The notes under the pieces are model-generated. The model was not told the DNA's origin and did not search any database. It worked only from the letters and a program-made list of their open reading frames with translations. The position numbers and the translations under genes are program-made. Shown here piece after piece: positions 1 to 10,639 of a DNA stretch of 64,000 bases. How positions within the stretch are numbered: position 1 is the first letter of the stretch; every line of letters starts with the position of its first letter. Source of the stretch: an uncultured Candidatus Saccharibacteria bacterium (GTDB lineage: Bacteria > Patescibacteriota > Dojkabacteria > SC72); NCBI GenBank assembly GCA_964514595.1, contig CAZEQZ010000001.1:267847-331846 (forward strand), given 5' to 3'.

Positions 1-1588
1 CGACGTGGAGCGAATAGTTGGAAAGATTGGACTAAGCAGAGCAAATGCAAGAGATATACAAGCTTTGGGAGTATCTTTGAAATATGTAATTGAAATATTA
101 CAAATTCTATCCAAAGAGTTGGGTATAAAGTATAAAGATGTAGATAAAGAGTTAATAAAGAAAGTAGTACAGAAGATAGAAAGAACCTTATCGGAAGATC
201 CCCCCCTATCAATAACGGAAGGTGGAATTATTAAGCAAGGATACAGTAAAGAGGTAGATGAACTAAGATCTCTGTCAGGTGATAGTAAATCATGGATAAA
301 GGAGTTTGAACAGGAGGAGAAAAAGAAAACGAAAATTCCTTCCCTTAAGGTTAGTTTCAATAGAGTCTTTGGATACTACATAGAAGTAACAAAAACGCAT
401 CAAGATAAGGTTCCAGAAAGGTATATAAGGAAGCAAACATTGGTTAATTCCGAAAGGTATATAACGGAAGAATTAAAAGAAAGAGAAAGTATAATCCTTA
501 ATTCCCAAGAAAAGCTATGTTCCCTTGAGTATCAGTTATTTTCTGATTTCAGAGATTCATTCGTCCCGAATTTAGAAAAACTCCAAATTATATCCTCTAT
601 CATCGCGAGAATAGATGTGTTGTGTGGATTTGCATATTTGGCAAACTATTCCAACTATGTTAGGCCTCATATATATGAGATGGGGGAGAAAGATGGGATT
701 ATTAAAATTGAAAACGGAAGGCATCCAATAGTTGAAACGGTGTCGGAGGAAGAGTTTATATCAAACGATACCTATCTTGATATGAAAGACTCTAGTATGG
801 CGATACTTACTGGTCCTAATATGTCAGGTAAATCTACATACATAAGGCAGGTAGCCACTTTGGTACTGATGTCCCAAATAGGATCTTTTATCCCAGCTAA
901 GAAAGCAGAAATTTCTATGGTGGATAGAATATTTACACGAGTTGGTGCATCTGATGATTTAAGTAGAGGAAGAAGTACATTTATGGTAGAAATGGATGAG
1001 GCTGCTAATATTGTTAATAATGCAACGAAATTTAGTCTGATAGTTTTGGATGAGGTTGGAAGAGGTACAAGTACATATGATGGTGTAAGTATAGCTTGGG
1101 CTTTATCAGAGTATTTAATAAAAGAAGTAAAGGCAAGGACTCTTTTTGCTACCCACTATCATGAATTACTGAAACTGTCAGAAAAATATCCTGAAAAGGT
1201 CAAGAATTATAATGTTTTAGTTGAAGAAGATTTAGAGGAAGGTACCGTTATATTTCTTAGAAAGATAGTAGAAGGAGGAACAGATAGAAGTTACGGTATA
1301 TACGTTGCTAAAATGGCAGGCCTACCCCAGAAGGTTATAAAAAGAGCGAATGAGATTTTAGAGAGCTTTGAGCAGAAGAATATGTTTTCTAAAGGAGATG
1401 AGTTAAGAGAATCTGTTATATCCGATATCAAAGAGGAAGGAAAGAGAAAGGGTATCAATGGCTATCAGTATCCCCTATTTACAGCGAAAGAGTCTGAGAT
1501 AGAGAGGGAGATACAGAAAATGGATATAGATAATATTACTCCGATAGAGGCATTGAATAAAATAATGGAATGGAAAAAGAAAATATAG
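1..1588 (+). CDS. mutS: DNA mismatch repair protein MutS (5'-partial, starts upstream of the window)
   Basis: GRHPIVE, Walker A TGPNMSGKSTYIRQ, DRIFTRVGASDDL, STFMVEM, LDEVGRGTST, FATHYHEL, SYGIYVA motifs; the frame is open at the window edge. Confidence 0.97.
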   Translation, partial: DVERIVGKIGLSRANARDIQALGVSLKYVIEILQILSKELGIKYKDVDKELIKKVVQKIERTLSEDPPLSITEGGIIKQGYSKEVDELRSLSGDSKSWIKEFEQEEKKKTKIPSLKVSFNRVFGYYIEVTKTHQDKVPERYIRKQTLVNSERYITEELKERESIILNSQEKLCSLEYQLFSDFRDSFVPNLEKLQIISSIIARIDVLCGFAYLANYSNYVRPHIYEMGEKDGIIKIENGRHPIVETVSEEEFISNDTYLDMKDSSMAILTGPNMSGKSTYIRQVATLVLMSQIGSFIPAKKAEISMVDRIFTRVGASDDLSRGRSTFMVEMDEAANIVNNATKFSLIVLDEVGRGTSTYDGVSIAWALSEYLIKEVKARTLFATHYHELLKLSEKYPEKVKNYNVLVEEDLEEGTVIFLRKIVEGGTDRSYGIYVAKMAGLPQKVIKRANEILESFEQKNMFSKGDELRESVISDIKEEGKRKGINGYQYPLFTAKESEIEREIQKMDIDNITPIEALNKIMEWKKKI

Positions 1589-2263
1589 CTAAAGCTTAAT
1601 ATAGTATCCCTCCCTATATCTATTTCCAATTATCTCCATGTTTGTGCACATCCGAAATTTATTCCTTAATCTATGCAGTACAACCCTTAGACTTCCAATA
1701 CTCACATCTCTATTTTCTTCCTGAAAGAGTAATTCTTGTATCTTAGTTATACTTATTGGATCGTCATAAGTCAGTAATATCTTCATAAGGAGACTTTCTG
1801 TTGTAGTTAGAAATATTTTACAATCTTTGTAATAGAGAAAATGAGAATCTGTATATAGAACCATTCCATGATATTTAACAATACTTCTGCTTTTATATGG
1901 AGATCTTTTGAGATGTTTAAAAAGGATAGCGTCTATGAATTCTATCTTCACAGGTTCTTCTAAGATATAGTCGACGCCAAAATCAAAAAGTTGTTTAATA
2001 TTAGCTCTTTCTAAGGAGTTTGTTATTAGGATTATAGGTACTCCAAGTTTAAATCGAATTCTTCTTATATCTTTCTGTTCTATTATTCTACTCTCTTGTA
2101 TAAATATTATTTTAGGATTATCAATACTGCCAATCTCCTCTGCCTTACTAATTGGACAGTATGTATAATCAGGATATTTATCTAATATAGTTCGAAAGAG
2201 TTTTCTTAGAAGAAAATCTTTAGATATTAATATCACAATCCCAGTAATTGGTTTGTATAACAT
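1589..2263 (-). CDS. OmpR/PhoB-type response-regulator-like protein with degenerate receiver domain
   Basis: C-terminal winged helix (LTTTESLLMKILL...SLRVVLHRLRNKF...REGYYI); N-terminal receiver-like fold (IILIT...FDFGVDYI) lacking the conserved Asp/Lys. Confidence 0.75.
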   Translation of the reverse strand: MLYKPITGIVILISKDFLLRKLFRTILDKYPDYTYCPISKAEEIGSIDNPKIIFIQESRIIEQKDIRRIRFKLGVPIILITNSLERANIKQLFDFGVDYILEEPVKIEFIDAILFKHLKRSPYKSRSIVKYHGMVLYTDSHFLYYKDCKIFLTTTESLLMKILLTYDDPISITKIQELLFQEENRDVSIGSLRVVLHRLRNKFRMCTNMEIIGNRYREGYYIKL

Positions 2264-2297
2264 ATTAATATGATAGTTAGGAATTTTTACCTTTTTA

Positions 2298-3590
2298 TTA
2301 CAAAACTTTCTCCGGAACCTCTTCTAAACTGATGCTAATTTGTTCAGAATTAAACATGTTTTTTAATATGACTTTCCCAGATTCGACCTCTTCTTGTCCT
2401 ACTATAACTACCCAAGGTATAGATCTCTTACTTGCCGATGCCAATTGTTTTGAAAGTTTGCTAGGAGTTAATTGAGTTACTGTGTTGACACCTTTTTCTC
2501 TAAGGTAGTTTGCCACCTTCATTGATTGTTCATAAAGGGAGTCATCCATTAATGTAACAAACAGAAGAGCTTCACTCTTTAAATTAGGAAGAAGATTATA
2601 TGTTTTAAGGTAGTCAAATGTTGTCACATCGCCCCACCCTAGTCCAAATGCAGGTATGCTTTTCTCATCGAAAATCTCCAAAAGGTTGTCATATCTTCCT
2701 CCCCCAAATAGTGCTCGAGGGTTCTCCTTACTTCCTACATCAAACATCTCTATAACTGTCCCTGTATAGTATTGCAAACCTCTCACAATGTATGGACTGA
2801 ATTTAATATTTTGAATATTTAAATTTTTAGCTTTCTCAAACAACTCTACTAATTCTTTTGCTCCTCTAGATCTTTCTTTTAATTCTTCCAAATCCGCTAT
2901 GCTCCAGTTAAGGTAGTTTAGGAGTTTCTCTGTTTGTTCTGTGCTCAAACCTAACTCCTTAACATACTCTTCAAAATCCTTGCTTTCTAATTTAAGATAG
3001 TTGTCTATAGCTTTAGAGAGTAATGGCTTCTGTTGATCACTTATTTTAAGGATTTCTTCGAATAAGTAGTCTAACAGATATCTGTTATTAATCTTTAGTT
3101 CAAAAGTATCTTTTGGAGCTTTAAATTCCTTCATTACTTCCATGACATACTGTATTATCTCTATCTCGGCTTCTATTGTTGGGACACCTAGAATATCTAT
3201 GTTCAATTGAAAGAACTCGCGTGTTCTTCCTTTTTGTGGCTTCTCATATCTGTAGTATCTTCCTATATTGAACCATCGCACTGGTAGTGCTAGAACATTT
3301 CTCTTTTGTGCAACTAGCCTAGCTAAAGATGGGGTCATCTCAGGTCTTAGAGCTATTTCTCTCCCCCCTTTGTCTGTGAAGCTATATAGTTGTGTATTTG
3401 CTATCTCATCTCCTGATTTCACTCTATACATATTTGCGTCTTCAATTAAGGGAGTATCATACTCCTCATATCCAAACCTTTTTGCCACCCTACTCCATAT
3501 GTCAAATATGTAATTTCGGGATAGCATATCTTCCGGATACATATCTTTTGTACCTTTGTAAGGTAGTTTTGACAAGTTTGTGCTATTCAT
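2298..3590 (-). CDS. hisS: Histidine--tRNA ligase
   Basis: KGTKD, LRPEMTPS, YRYEKPQKGRTREFFQ, VRGLQYYTG, GGGRYDNL; C-terminal anticodon-binding domain. Confidence 0.97.
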   Translation of the reverse strand: MNSTNLSKLPYKGTKDMYPEDMLSRNYIFDIWSRVAKRFGYEEYDTPLIEDANMYRVKSGDEIANTQLYSFTDKGGREIALRPEMTPSLARLVAQKRNVLALPVRWFNIGRYYRYEKPQKGRTREFFQLNIDILGVPTIEAEIEIIQYVMEVMKEFKAPKDTFELKINNRYLLDYLFEEILKISDQQKPLLSKAIDNYLKLESKDFEEYVKELGLSTEQTEKLLNYLNWSIADLEELKERSRGAKELVELFEKAKNLNIQNIKFSPYIVRGLQYYTGTVIEMFDVGSKENPRALFGGGRYDNLLEIFDEKSIPAFGLGWGDVTTFDYLKTYNLLPNLKSEALLFVTLMDDSLYEQSMKVANYLREKGVNTVTQLTPSKLSKQLASASKRSIPWVVIVGQEEVESGKVILKNMFNSEQISISLEEVPEKVL

Positions 3591-3677
3591 AATTCATTAT
3601 ATCATAGCGTAAAAGGTAAAATTTAACCAAAAGCCAAGTTGTTGAATAAAAGAGGTAAATAATATATATTTTATGGT

Positions 3678-6674
3678 ATGAAATATAGTCTGGGTATTAG
3701 TAACTCTAGAAAAAGAAGAGGCAAAAGTGTTTCCAAGGGCAGAGGGCTTACAAAAGCCTTTACTCCAAGTAATTTGGATAAATATAAGAACTTTAGGAAA
3801 TACAGCTCGAAGAATACCTCTAAATCTAAGTCTTTCTTTACTAAACTTGGAAACAAGAAGTTAGATATTACTAAGAAACTCAAAAGGAAGAAGATTTTCT
3901 ATGTGGTTGTTGGAATTGGTTTCTTTGTTTTCTGTGTTGTACTAATAGGGGTTGGAATATACCTAAAGAATTTGCAAAATTCCCTACCCTCACCAGATCA
4001 ATTAGTTGAAAGAGCTTCCGATCAAAGTACTCAGATACTTGATAGAGAGGGAGAGCTTCTGTATACGGTCTACGGAGATAAAAATAGAAAGTTTGTATCA
4101 ATAGATAAAATACCAGAGCACACCAGATGGGCAGTATTGGCTGCAGAGGATATAGAATTCTATCAACATAAAGGGGTTGATTATTTCAGTATAGCAAAGG
4201 CATTTACACAGAACTTAAGGTCAGGGGGAGTTGTAAGAGGAGGAAGTACTATTACTCAACAGCTTGTAAAGACAACCATTCTTTATGATGTTTTGGGAGA
4301 GGAGGCATACGCTCAAACATATGCAAGGAAAATAAAAGAGGTATTAATCACTATGCAAGTGGAGCAAACTTTTACTAAGGATGAGATATTACAGATGTAT
4401 ATGAATGAGGTTCCTTTGGGTGGTGTTAATTACGGTTTCCAAGCAGCAGCAAATGCGTACTTTGGTAAAGATGTTGAGGACTTGACATTGGCTGAAAGTG
4501 CACTAATTGCAGGATTGATACAAAGTCCTGGTATTTATTCTCCTCTGTATGGTTCTAATCCTGATATGGCAAAGGAGAGGCAGACATATGTTTTAGATCA
4601 GATGTTGAAGAATAAAAGGCTAACGGGTGTTGATGAGGAAGATATAGAGCAAGCAAGGGAGGAAGAGTTGGTGTATAGTACTAGGAGAATAGATATTAAA
4701 GCTCCTCATTTTGTTTTCTATGTTAAGCAGCTCTTAGAGCAAGAGTTTGGTATAGATCGTGTAGAGCGAGGAGGATTAAAAGTTACAACGACATTAGATT
4801 CATCTTTGCAACAAATAGCTGAGGAAGAAGTTATAAAAGCTGTAGAGAATGCGAGAAGATACAATGTAAATAATGGTGCTATGGTTGTTCTTAATCCAAA
4901 GAATGGACAAGTTCTAGCTATGGTTGGCTCTATAGATTATTTTAATGTAGAGGATCCACGAGTTGATGGTAATGTTAATATCGCTGTAAGCGAAAGACAG
5001 ATGGGGTCTTCGATTAAACCATTTGTATATTTAAGTGCAATAGGTCAAGGATATGGTCCATGGTTACTAACTCCGGATATATCTGAGATACAGTTTGGTA
5101 ATTATAAACCCACTAACTGGGATAAGCAGTATTATGGATTAATGACTGCGAGAAAAGCACTAGTTCTTTCTAGGAATGTTCCTTCCGTATATACATTACA
5201 ATTGGCTGGTATTGATAATTTTTTACAAACGATAGAGAAGACTGGAATAACGAGTATAGCTAATAAGGCTGATTATGGATTGAGTTTGGGATTAGGTTCT
5301 GGAGAAATGAAGCTTTTAGAATTTACTAATGCATATGCTATATTGGCTAATAGCGGTGTTAGAAATGACATAACTCCTATTCTCAAGGTGGAGGATTCAA
5401 AGGGAGAAATTCTTTTGGAAGCAGAGGAGGATTCTGGAAAGAGAGTTTTTGATGAAAAGGAGGCATATTTAGTTAATTGGATGATATGTGATTTGGCAGG
5501 ATTTAATGATAGGTATGGTAATCAGTATTACTATATAGGTAATAGTAAGTTATGTGGGAAAACTGGTACAACAGATGGTCCTAGGGATTTATTAGCGTTC
5601 TTATACAATCAAAATCTAGTTGTAGGAGCCTGGACAGGAAATAATAACAATGAGGATATGCCTGGTGGCTGGTCTTCTACGGTACCTTTACCTATGGCAA
5701 ATTCATTCTTTAGGAGAGTATTAGAGAATTATCCATCGGGGACATACAATAGACCAGCAGGTATTATGACTACATCTGTGTGTACTGATACAGGAGCCTC
5801 CCCAGAGAATGAGGGGGTAGATTGTCCTAAGGAATCATCTTTGTATATATCAGGAAGGCCTCCTCAGGTGGATAGGAGAAAGGTAGTAGAGGTTTGTGCA
5901 GCTAACGGTTTAATTCCAACTAATTTGGATGCGGCAAGGAAATACGGTTTAACAGTGGAGAAGTTAGTTATGACGAATACTTTGGAAAATACCTTGCAAC
6001 AGGAACCGTATCAGAGATATCTCTCCTCGGTAGAGGGTTCAAGATATCTTTTTGGTGATCCCGCTACTGCTAATTGTCCTTTGCCTCTTGGGCCAGATAA
6101 TGCTCCTATTGTAGAAATATCCTCCCCTACAGAGGGTCAGAGTGTACAAAAGGGAAAGAGTATAGAGATTTCTGGTCAAGTTAGGTATTTAGAGAGTATT
6201 ACGGAGTTTAAAGTTAAGTTCAATGGGGCCGATATTTCTGGAGCTTCATTAAAGGCAGATGGTACCTATGTTGTGAATTACACTATTCCTAACTCTGCAA
6301 CAGCGGGCAATAATGTTATATCAGTTGTGGCTAGGGATAATTATGGGAAAACAGATACCAAGAGTGTTAATGTGAAGGTGGAGTCCTCTGTTTCTGTCTC
6401 TGTTATCTCCCCCGCTAATGGAGTTACTGTCTCTTTTCCTGTAACACTTGTGGCTACAGTCTCAGGCGGAACTGTTGATGAAGTGACATTTACATTATCA
6501 AAAGTAGGTGGTGGATATAGTAAGTCTTTAATAGACAATAATAGTTCTGGAGGTTGGTCTCAAATATGGACAAAAGAAGCGTCTGTAACAAGTGGACAGT
6601 ATGAAATAAGAGTTTCGGCTAAATCCGGAAGTTCTACAATTACTGGTAATACAATTACTGTAACAGTACCTTAA
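3678..6674 (+). CDS. Class A penicillin-binding protein (PBP1A family) with C-terminal Ig-like (Big) domains
   Basis: Basic N-terminus plus TM; transglycosylase AEDxxFYxHxG and GGSTITQQLVK; transpeptidase SSIK, SRN, KTG; two beta-rich C-terminal repeats (APIVEISSPTEG, VSVISPANG). Confidence 0.93.
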   Translation: MKYSLGISNSRKRRGKSVSKGRGLTKAFTPSNLDKYKNFRKYSSKNTSKSKSFFTKLGNKKLDITKKLKRKKIFYVVVGIGFFVFCVVLIGVGIYLKNLQNSLPSPDQLVERASDQSTQILDREGELLYTVYGDKNRKFVSIDKIPEHTRWAVLAAEDIEFYQHKGVDYFSIAKAFTQNLRSGGVVRGGSTITQQLVKTTILYDVLGEEAYAQTYARKIKEVLITMQVEQTFTKDEILQMYMNEVPLGGVNYGFQAAANAYFGKDVEDLTLAESALIAGLIQSPGIYSPLYGSNPDMAKERQTYVLDQMLKNKRLTGVDEEDIEQAREEELVYSTRRIDIKAPHFVFYVKQLLEQEFGIDRVERGGLKVTTTLDSSLQQIAEEEVIKAVENARRYNVNNGAMVVLNPKNGQVLAMVGSIDYFNVEDPRVDGNVNIAVSERQMGSSIKPFVYLSAIGQGYGPWLLTPDISEIQFGNYKPTNWDKQYYGLMTARKALVLSRNVPSVYTLQLAGIDNFLQTIEKTGITSIANKADYGLSLGLGSGEMKLLEFTNAYAILANSGVRNDITPILKVEDSKGEILLEAEEDSGKRVFDEKEAYLVNWMICDLAGFNDRYGNQYYYIGNSKLCGKTGTTDGPRDLLAFLYNQNLVVGAWTGNNNNEDMPGGWSSTVPLPMANSFFRRVLENYPSGTYNRPAGIMTTSVCTDTGASPENEGVDCPKESSLYISGRPPQVDRRKVVEVCAANGLIPTNLDAARKYGLTVEKLVMTNTLENTLQQEPYQRYLSSVEGSRYLFGDPATANCPLPLGPDNAPIVEISSPTEGQSVQKGKSIEISGQVRYLESITEFKVKFNGADISGASLKADGTYVVNYTIPNSATAGNNVISVVARDNYGKTDTKSVNVKVESSVSVSVISPANGVTVSFPVTLVATVSGGTVDEVTFTLSKVGGGYSKSLIDNNSSGGWSQIWTKEASVTSGQYEIRVSAKSGSSTITGNTITVTVP

Positions 6675-9157
6675 ACCAACTCTGCGTTATACTTTTCTTT
6701 TATCTTCTTAGTTATCTTCTCTACTATCTGTTTGATATCCTTGTCACTCAAAGTTCTTGTATGATTACTAGCAGTTATTCGGAAAGTTATTCTTTTTTTA
6801 TCCGATTCCTCATCTTTCTGATAGATAGAAATACACTCTACTCTACCCCATAAATCATTACTATTAATAATCTTTTCTATTTCACTATGAATATCAGAAT
6901 ATCTATTCTCTATACTCATCTCAAAACATAAATCTTGTGTGAACGAAGGATATATTGGTTGTTCCTTGTATTTTCTAATATCTCCTACGACTTTTACAAG
7001 TTCCTCTAAATTTATTTCTAATCCAGCAGTATATTTAGGAAGTTTAAAATTATCCTTAACTTCGTTAGATATCTCTCCCATAATACCGATTATATTTCCT
7101 CCAATAGACAGTATTGCTGAGCTATTAGGTTCAAACATACTTAATAGATTTTTAATAAAAGGAGGAAGATCTATTTCAGGGCTTTTTGCAACTAAATCAT
7201 ATTGAATATTTAATATGTCTAATGAACGTGTTATTTTTTCTATATACTCTTTTATAACATAGTATGGACTACCTGTATTTTGTTTATTGTCTGAATCTGT
7301 GGTGAGCATAGAAAGATACCAATGCTCAATAGGAAGTTTGTCCTTTTGGATGTAGCTATTAATATGAGCAATATTAAACTCGTAGAGGGCAAATCTATTA
7401 ATACCTCTATCCCTGTTCTCTTTGCCTTTTTGCAAAAGGGTTTGCAAAATACTAGTTCTCATTAAAGAAAGCTCAGGAGAAAGTGGGTTACGTATTCTAT
7501 ATGCTAAATTACTATCTAGTTTACATCTCTCAAAAGAAGATAAGTCAGTGAATCCATATGTGAGAGTTTCGTTAGCTCCTGAATTAGAAAGAATATTTCG
7601 TACTTCCTTTTTAATAGATATCACGGAATTCTTTTTAGGTGGTTTAATATCTTTTTTAGGAAGAGTAATTGGGATATTATTAAATCCATATATTCTTCCA
7701 ATGTCTTCATATACATCTTCCTCTATTTCAATATCTCTTCTCCAAGAAGGAAGTGTGAGATATAGTGATTCATCCTCTAATACTTCATATTCTAAATTCT
7801 CCAATGTGATTTTAATTGTATTTGAATCTAGATTAGTTCCTAAAACCGTATTTAGTTTCTCAACAGAAAGCTTTATAGTTCTCTTCTCCTCACCTTGGAT
7901 CAGAATATCTATGATATTGGATGCAACCTGGGAATTAGTGATATCTTTTATCATCTCAACTGCCTTTACCAACCCCGCAATACACTGATGTGTATCTAAA
8001 TTATGTTTAAATCTGGTAGCTGCTTCTGTGAAGAGACCTAGCTTCATACTGCTTCTTCTGATACTGCTCTTATCAAAGTTGGCAGATTCTAAAATAACTC
8101 TTTTGGTATTCTCATCTACCTCTGTGTCTTTCCCTCCTATAATTCCTGCAATTGCTATTGGGTGTGTACTATCTGCAATAACCATAATGTCTTCATCCAA
8201 TTCGTAGAGTTTGTCATCTAACGCAAGAATCTTTTCGTCATGTTTGGCCATTCGTATATTAATATACGCCTCATCTTGATAGTTGGGGTCATTTGTTACT
8301 AGTTTATCATAGTCAAATGCATGAAGAGGTTGTCCTATTAATAGGGATATGTAGTTAGTTATGTCCACAATATTGTTAATAGGTTTAATACCGCATTTCA
8401 TTAAGGATGATTTAAGCCAGACAGGTGACTCTTCTATATCAACATTATCTAAGGCAATGGCTGTATATCTTGGACATAATACTTCAGCATCATTTACAAT
8501 ATTAACTTTCAGACAGTTCTCCTCATGTTTAATATCAGTATTGGGATTAAGATACCACTCGGGACTTCTGAATTTATTTCCAGTTATTGCAGATAATTCT
8601 CGGGCTATTCCAAGAATACTGAAAAGATCTCCTCTATTTGTCAATGCTTTATTCTCAATATCTATTACGGTATCGTTTAAATCATAGTATTCACTAAACG
8701 ACATCCCAACCGTTGCTTCGTTTGGTAAGACCATAACTCTTTCATGATCAGATCCCACATTCAGTTCCTTCTGTGAACCTAACATCCCATGGGACATGAC
8801 ACCTCTGAGTTTAACAGACTTAACTATGAAAGGCTTCTCCTCTGTATATATACTGTATGGAACTGTGGATCCCACCTTAATATATGCTACCTTATCCCCA
8901 ACATTTAATAGCTTGTCTCCTGCTACAACCTGTATGTTCTCGTTCTCACCATAATCTATTTGGTATACGCCTAATTTGTCTGCATCTGGGTGATCTTCTT
9001 TTTTTGTTATCTCTGCTATAACAATATTCTCATAATCCTTACTTAGGTTGTGTGCATGATCAACCTCTCCTATATGCTCTTTTATCAATCGAACAATCTC
9101 ATCATCTTGTATGTTTAGATCGACAAATTGTTTTATTAATCCTGTTGTTATCTTCAT
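6671..9157 (-). CDS. pheT: Phenylalanine--tRNA ligase beta subunit
   Basis: HPDADKL, LRGVMSHGMLGS, NRGDLFS, INNIVDITNY, GQPLHAFD, PSWRRDI, NPLSPELSLMR; follows pheS. Confidence 0.96.
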   Translation of the reverse strand: MKITTGLIKQFVDLNIQDDEIVRLIKEHIGEVDHAHNLSKDYENIVIAEITKKEDHPDADKLGVYQIDYGENENIQVVAGDKLLNVGDKVAYIKVGSTVPYSIYTEEKPFIVKSVKLRGVMSHGMLGSQKELNVGSDHERVMVLPNEATVGMSFSEYYDLNDTVIDIENKALTNRGDLFSILGIARELSAITGNKFRSPEWYLNPNTDIKHEENCLKVNIVNDAEVLCPRYTAIALDNVDIEESPVWLKSSLMKCGIKPINNIVDITNYISLLIGQPLHAFDYDKLVTNDPNYQDEAYINIRMAKHDEKILALDDKLYELDEDIMVIADSTHPIAIAGIIGGKDTEVDENTKRVILESANFDKSSIRRSSMKLGLFTEAATRFKHNLDTHQCIAGLVKAVEMIKDITNSQVASNIIDILIQGEEKRTIKLSVEKLNTVLGTNLDSNTIKITLENLEYEVLEDESLYLTLPSWRRDIEIEEDVYEDIGRIYGFNNIPITLPKKDIKPPKKNSVISIKKEVRNILSNSGANETLTYGFTDLSSFERCKLDSNLAYRIRNPLSPELSLMRTSILQTLLQKGKENRDRGINRFALYEFNIAHINSYIQKDKLPIEHWYLSMLTTDSDNKQNTGSPYYVIKEYIEKITRSLDILNIQYDLVAKSPEIDLPPFIKNLLSMFEPNSSAILSIGGNIIGIMGEISNEVKDNFKLPKYTAGLEINLEELVKVVGDIRKYKEQPIYPSFTQDLCFEMSIENRYSDIHSEIEKIINSNDLWGRVECISIYQKDEESDKKRITFRITASNHTRTLSDKDIKQIVEKITKKIKEKYNAELV

Positions 9158-10194
9158 TAAAACTGTCGTAAGAAGTTAAGATTACTCTCTCTTAGATATC
9201 TAATATCCTCGATCCCAAGCTTTATCATTGTTAATCTATCTACACCAAATCCCCAAGCAAAACCGGTATACTCTTTAGGGTCTATATCTGCTTCTTTTAA
9301 TACATTAGGATGTATCATCCCACAGCCCATTATTTCAATCCATCCAGAGTGACCACATGTGGAACATCCACTCTTACCGCAGAACGGACAGCTTATTACA
9401 AACTCACAATCAGGTTCTGTAAATGGAAAGTATGCGGGTTGTATCCTTACTTCTAAATCAGTTTCTAAGTATCTTTCCAAAAATGTCTTTATTGTGGCTA
9501 TCATATTACCCAAAGAAACGCCTTTATCTACATATACACCCTCTATCTGATGAAATGTATGCTCATGTCCTGCGTCTGTAGCTTCGTTTCTGAAACATCT
9601 TCCAGGCAATACAACAGCTATAGGTGGTGGTCCAAACTGCTTTAATGCTCTATTTTGCATTGTAGAGGTGTGTGCAGGAAGTACTAAACCATCCTCTGTC
9701 CAGAAGGTATCGTACATATCTCTTGCAGGATGTCCTTTGGGGAAGTTAAGGGATTCAAACATATGGTAGTCATCATCTATCTGCCTACTTTCTAGGATAT
9801 CAAATCCCATACTAGAGAATATACTTAGTAATATTTCAACTTCTTTTGTTAATGGATGCTTACTCCCCTTCTCCCTTAGAAAGGCGCTTATACCGGATTC
9901 TTTGTTATTAATATCAAAAGGTGCCGTGGGGTCTATTTCCGTACTTGAGAAATATGTTTTTTCCTCCCTCTCCTTCGTAGAGAGAAGATCCTCATACACC
10001 TCCTTCAATTGATTTACTTCTTTTCCGTATTGGGACTTTTTTTCTGTGGGTATGGTGGATATTTCCTTTAGTGCTTTTGTAATTAGACCATTCTTACCGC
10101 CATATTTACTCTTAAATTCCTGATATTTAAGCTCTTTACTATCCTTGTCTAAAATTTTTGCTATTTGCTCTAGTTGTTTATCTGTGTATTTCAT
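9157..10194 (-). CDS. pheS: Phenylalanine--tRNA ligase alpha subunit
   Basis: HPARDMYDTF, HTSTMQ, PGRCFRNE, FHQIEG, YFPFTEP, GCGMIHPNVL, GFAWGFGVDRL. Confidence 0.97.
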   Translation of the reverse strand: MKYTDKQLEQIAKILDKDSKELKYQEFKSKYGGKNGLITKALKEISTIPTEKKSQYGKEVNQLKEVYEDLLSTKEREEKTYFSSTEIDPTAPFDINNKESGISAFLREKGSKHPLTKEVEILLSIFSSMGFDILESRQIDDDYHMFESLNFPKGHPARDMYDTFWTEDGLVLPAHTSTMQNRALKQFGPPPIAVVLPGRCFRNEATDAGHEHTFHQIEGVYVDKGVSLGNMIATIKTFLERYLETDLEVRIQPAYFPFTEPDCEFVISCPFCGKSGCSTCGHSGWIEIMGCGMIHPNVLKEADIDPKEYTGFAWGFGVDRLTMIKLGIEDIRYLRESNLNFLRQF

Positions 10195-10243
10195 TTATCA
10201 ATGACTTAAGTATTTTAATAGTATACAACATATATTATTAAAC

Positions 10244-10268
10244 AAAAAAGGACCCATGCAGAGTCCTT
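10244..10268 (-). terminator. Rho-independent terminator after rplT
   Basis: Minus strand AAGGACTC-TGCAT-GGGTCCTT followed by a T-run. Confidence 0.7.
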
Positions 10269-10289
10269 GTTAATTCTTTAACAGGCACC

Positions 10290-10628
10290 CTACAAAGACT
10301 TTACTAAAAAGGAAAATACTTCAGGATTGTTTGATGCTAAATCTGCTAATACCATTCTATTTAGCTCAATATTTTTATCTCTAAGTTTTTTAATTAGATC
10401 TTTATACTGTATATTATTCTGTTTACAAGCAGCGTTTATCTTTGATATCCAAACTCTCCTCATCTGACTTGGTCTTCGCTGTCTATGGTTATAGGCATAC
10501 TGTCCTGCATGAAGGTATGCTTCATGAGCTACTCGGTAGAGCTTGCTCTTTGTTAACCTATATCCTTTAGTACTTTTTAGTACTTTCTTGTGTCTTTTTC
10601 TCCTTGTTATTCCACCTTTTACTCTCAT
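10290..10628 (-). CDS. rplT: 50S ribosomal protein L20
   Basis: MRVKGG..RRKRHKKVLK..KGY, WISKINAA, LNRMVLADLA; infC-rpmI-rplT order. Confidence 0.96.
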   Translation of the reverse strand: MRVKGGITRRKRHKKVLKSTKGYRLTKSKLYRVAHEAYLHAGQYAYNHRQRRPSQMRRVWISKINAACKQNNIQYKDLIKKLRDKNIELNRMVLADLASNNPEVFSFLVKSL

Positions 10629-10639
10629 TCTGTTTGTAG

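Noticed and set aside
9350-9400. CxxC..CxxC insert in PheS
   Set aside because: A known feature of many bacterial PheS proteins
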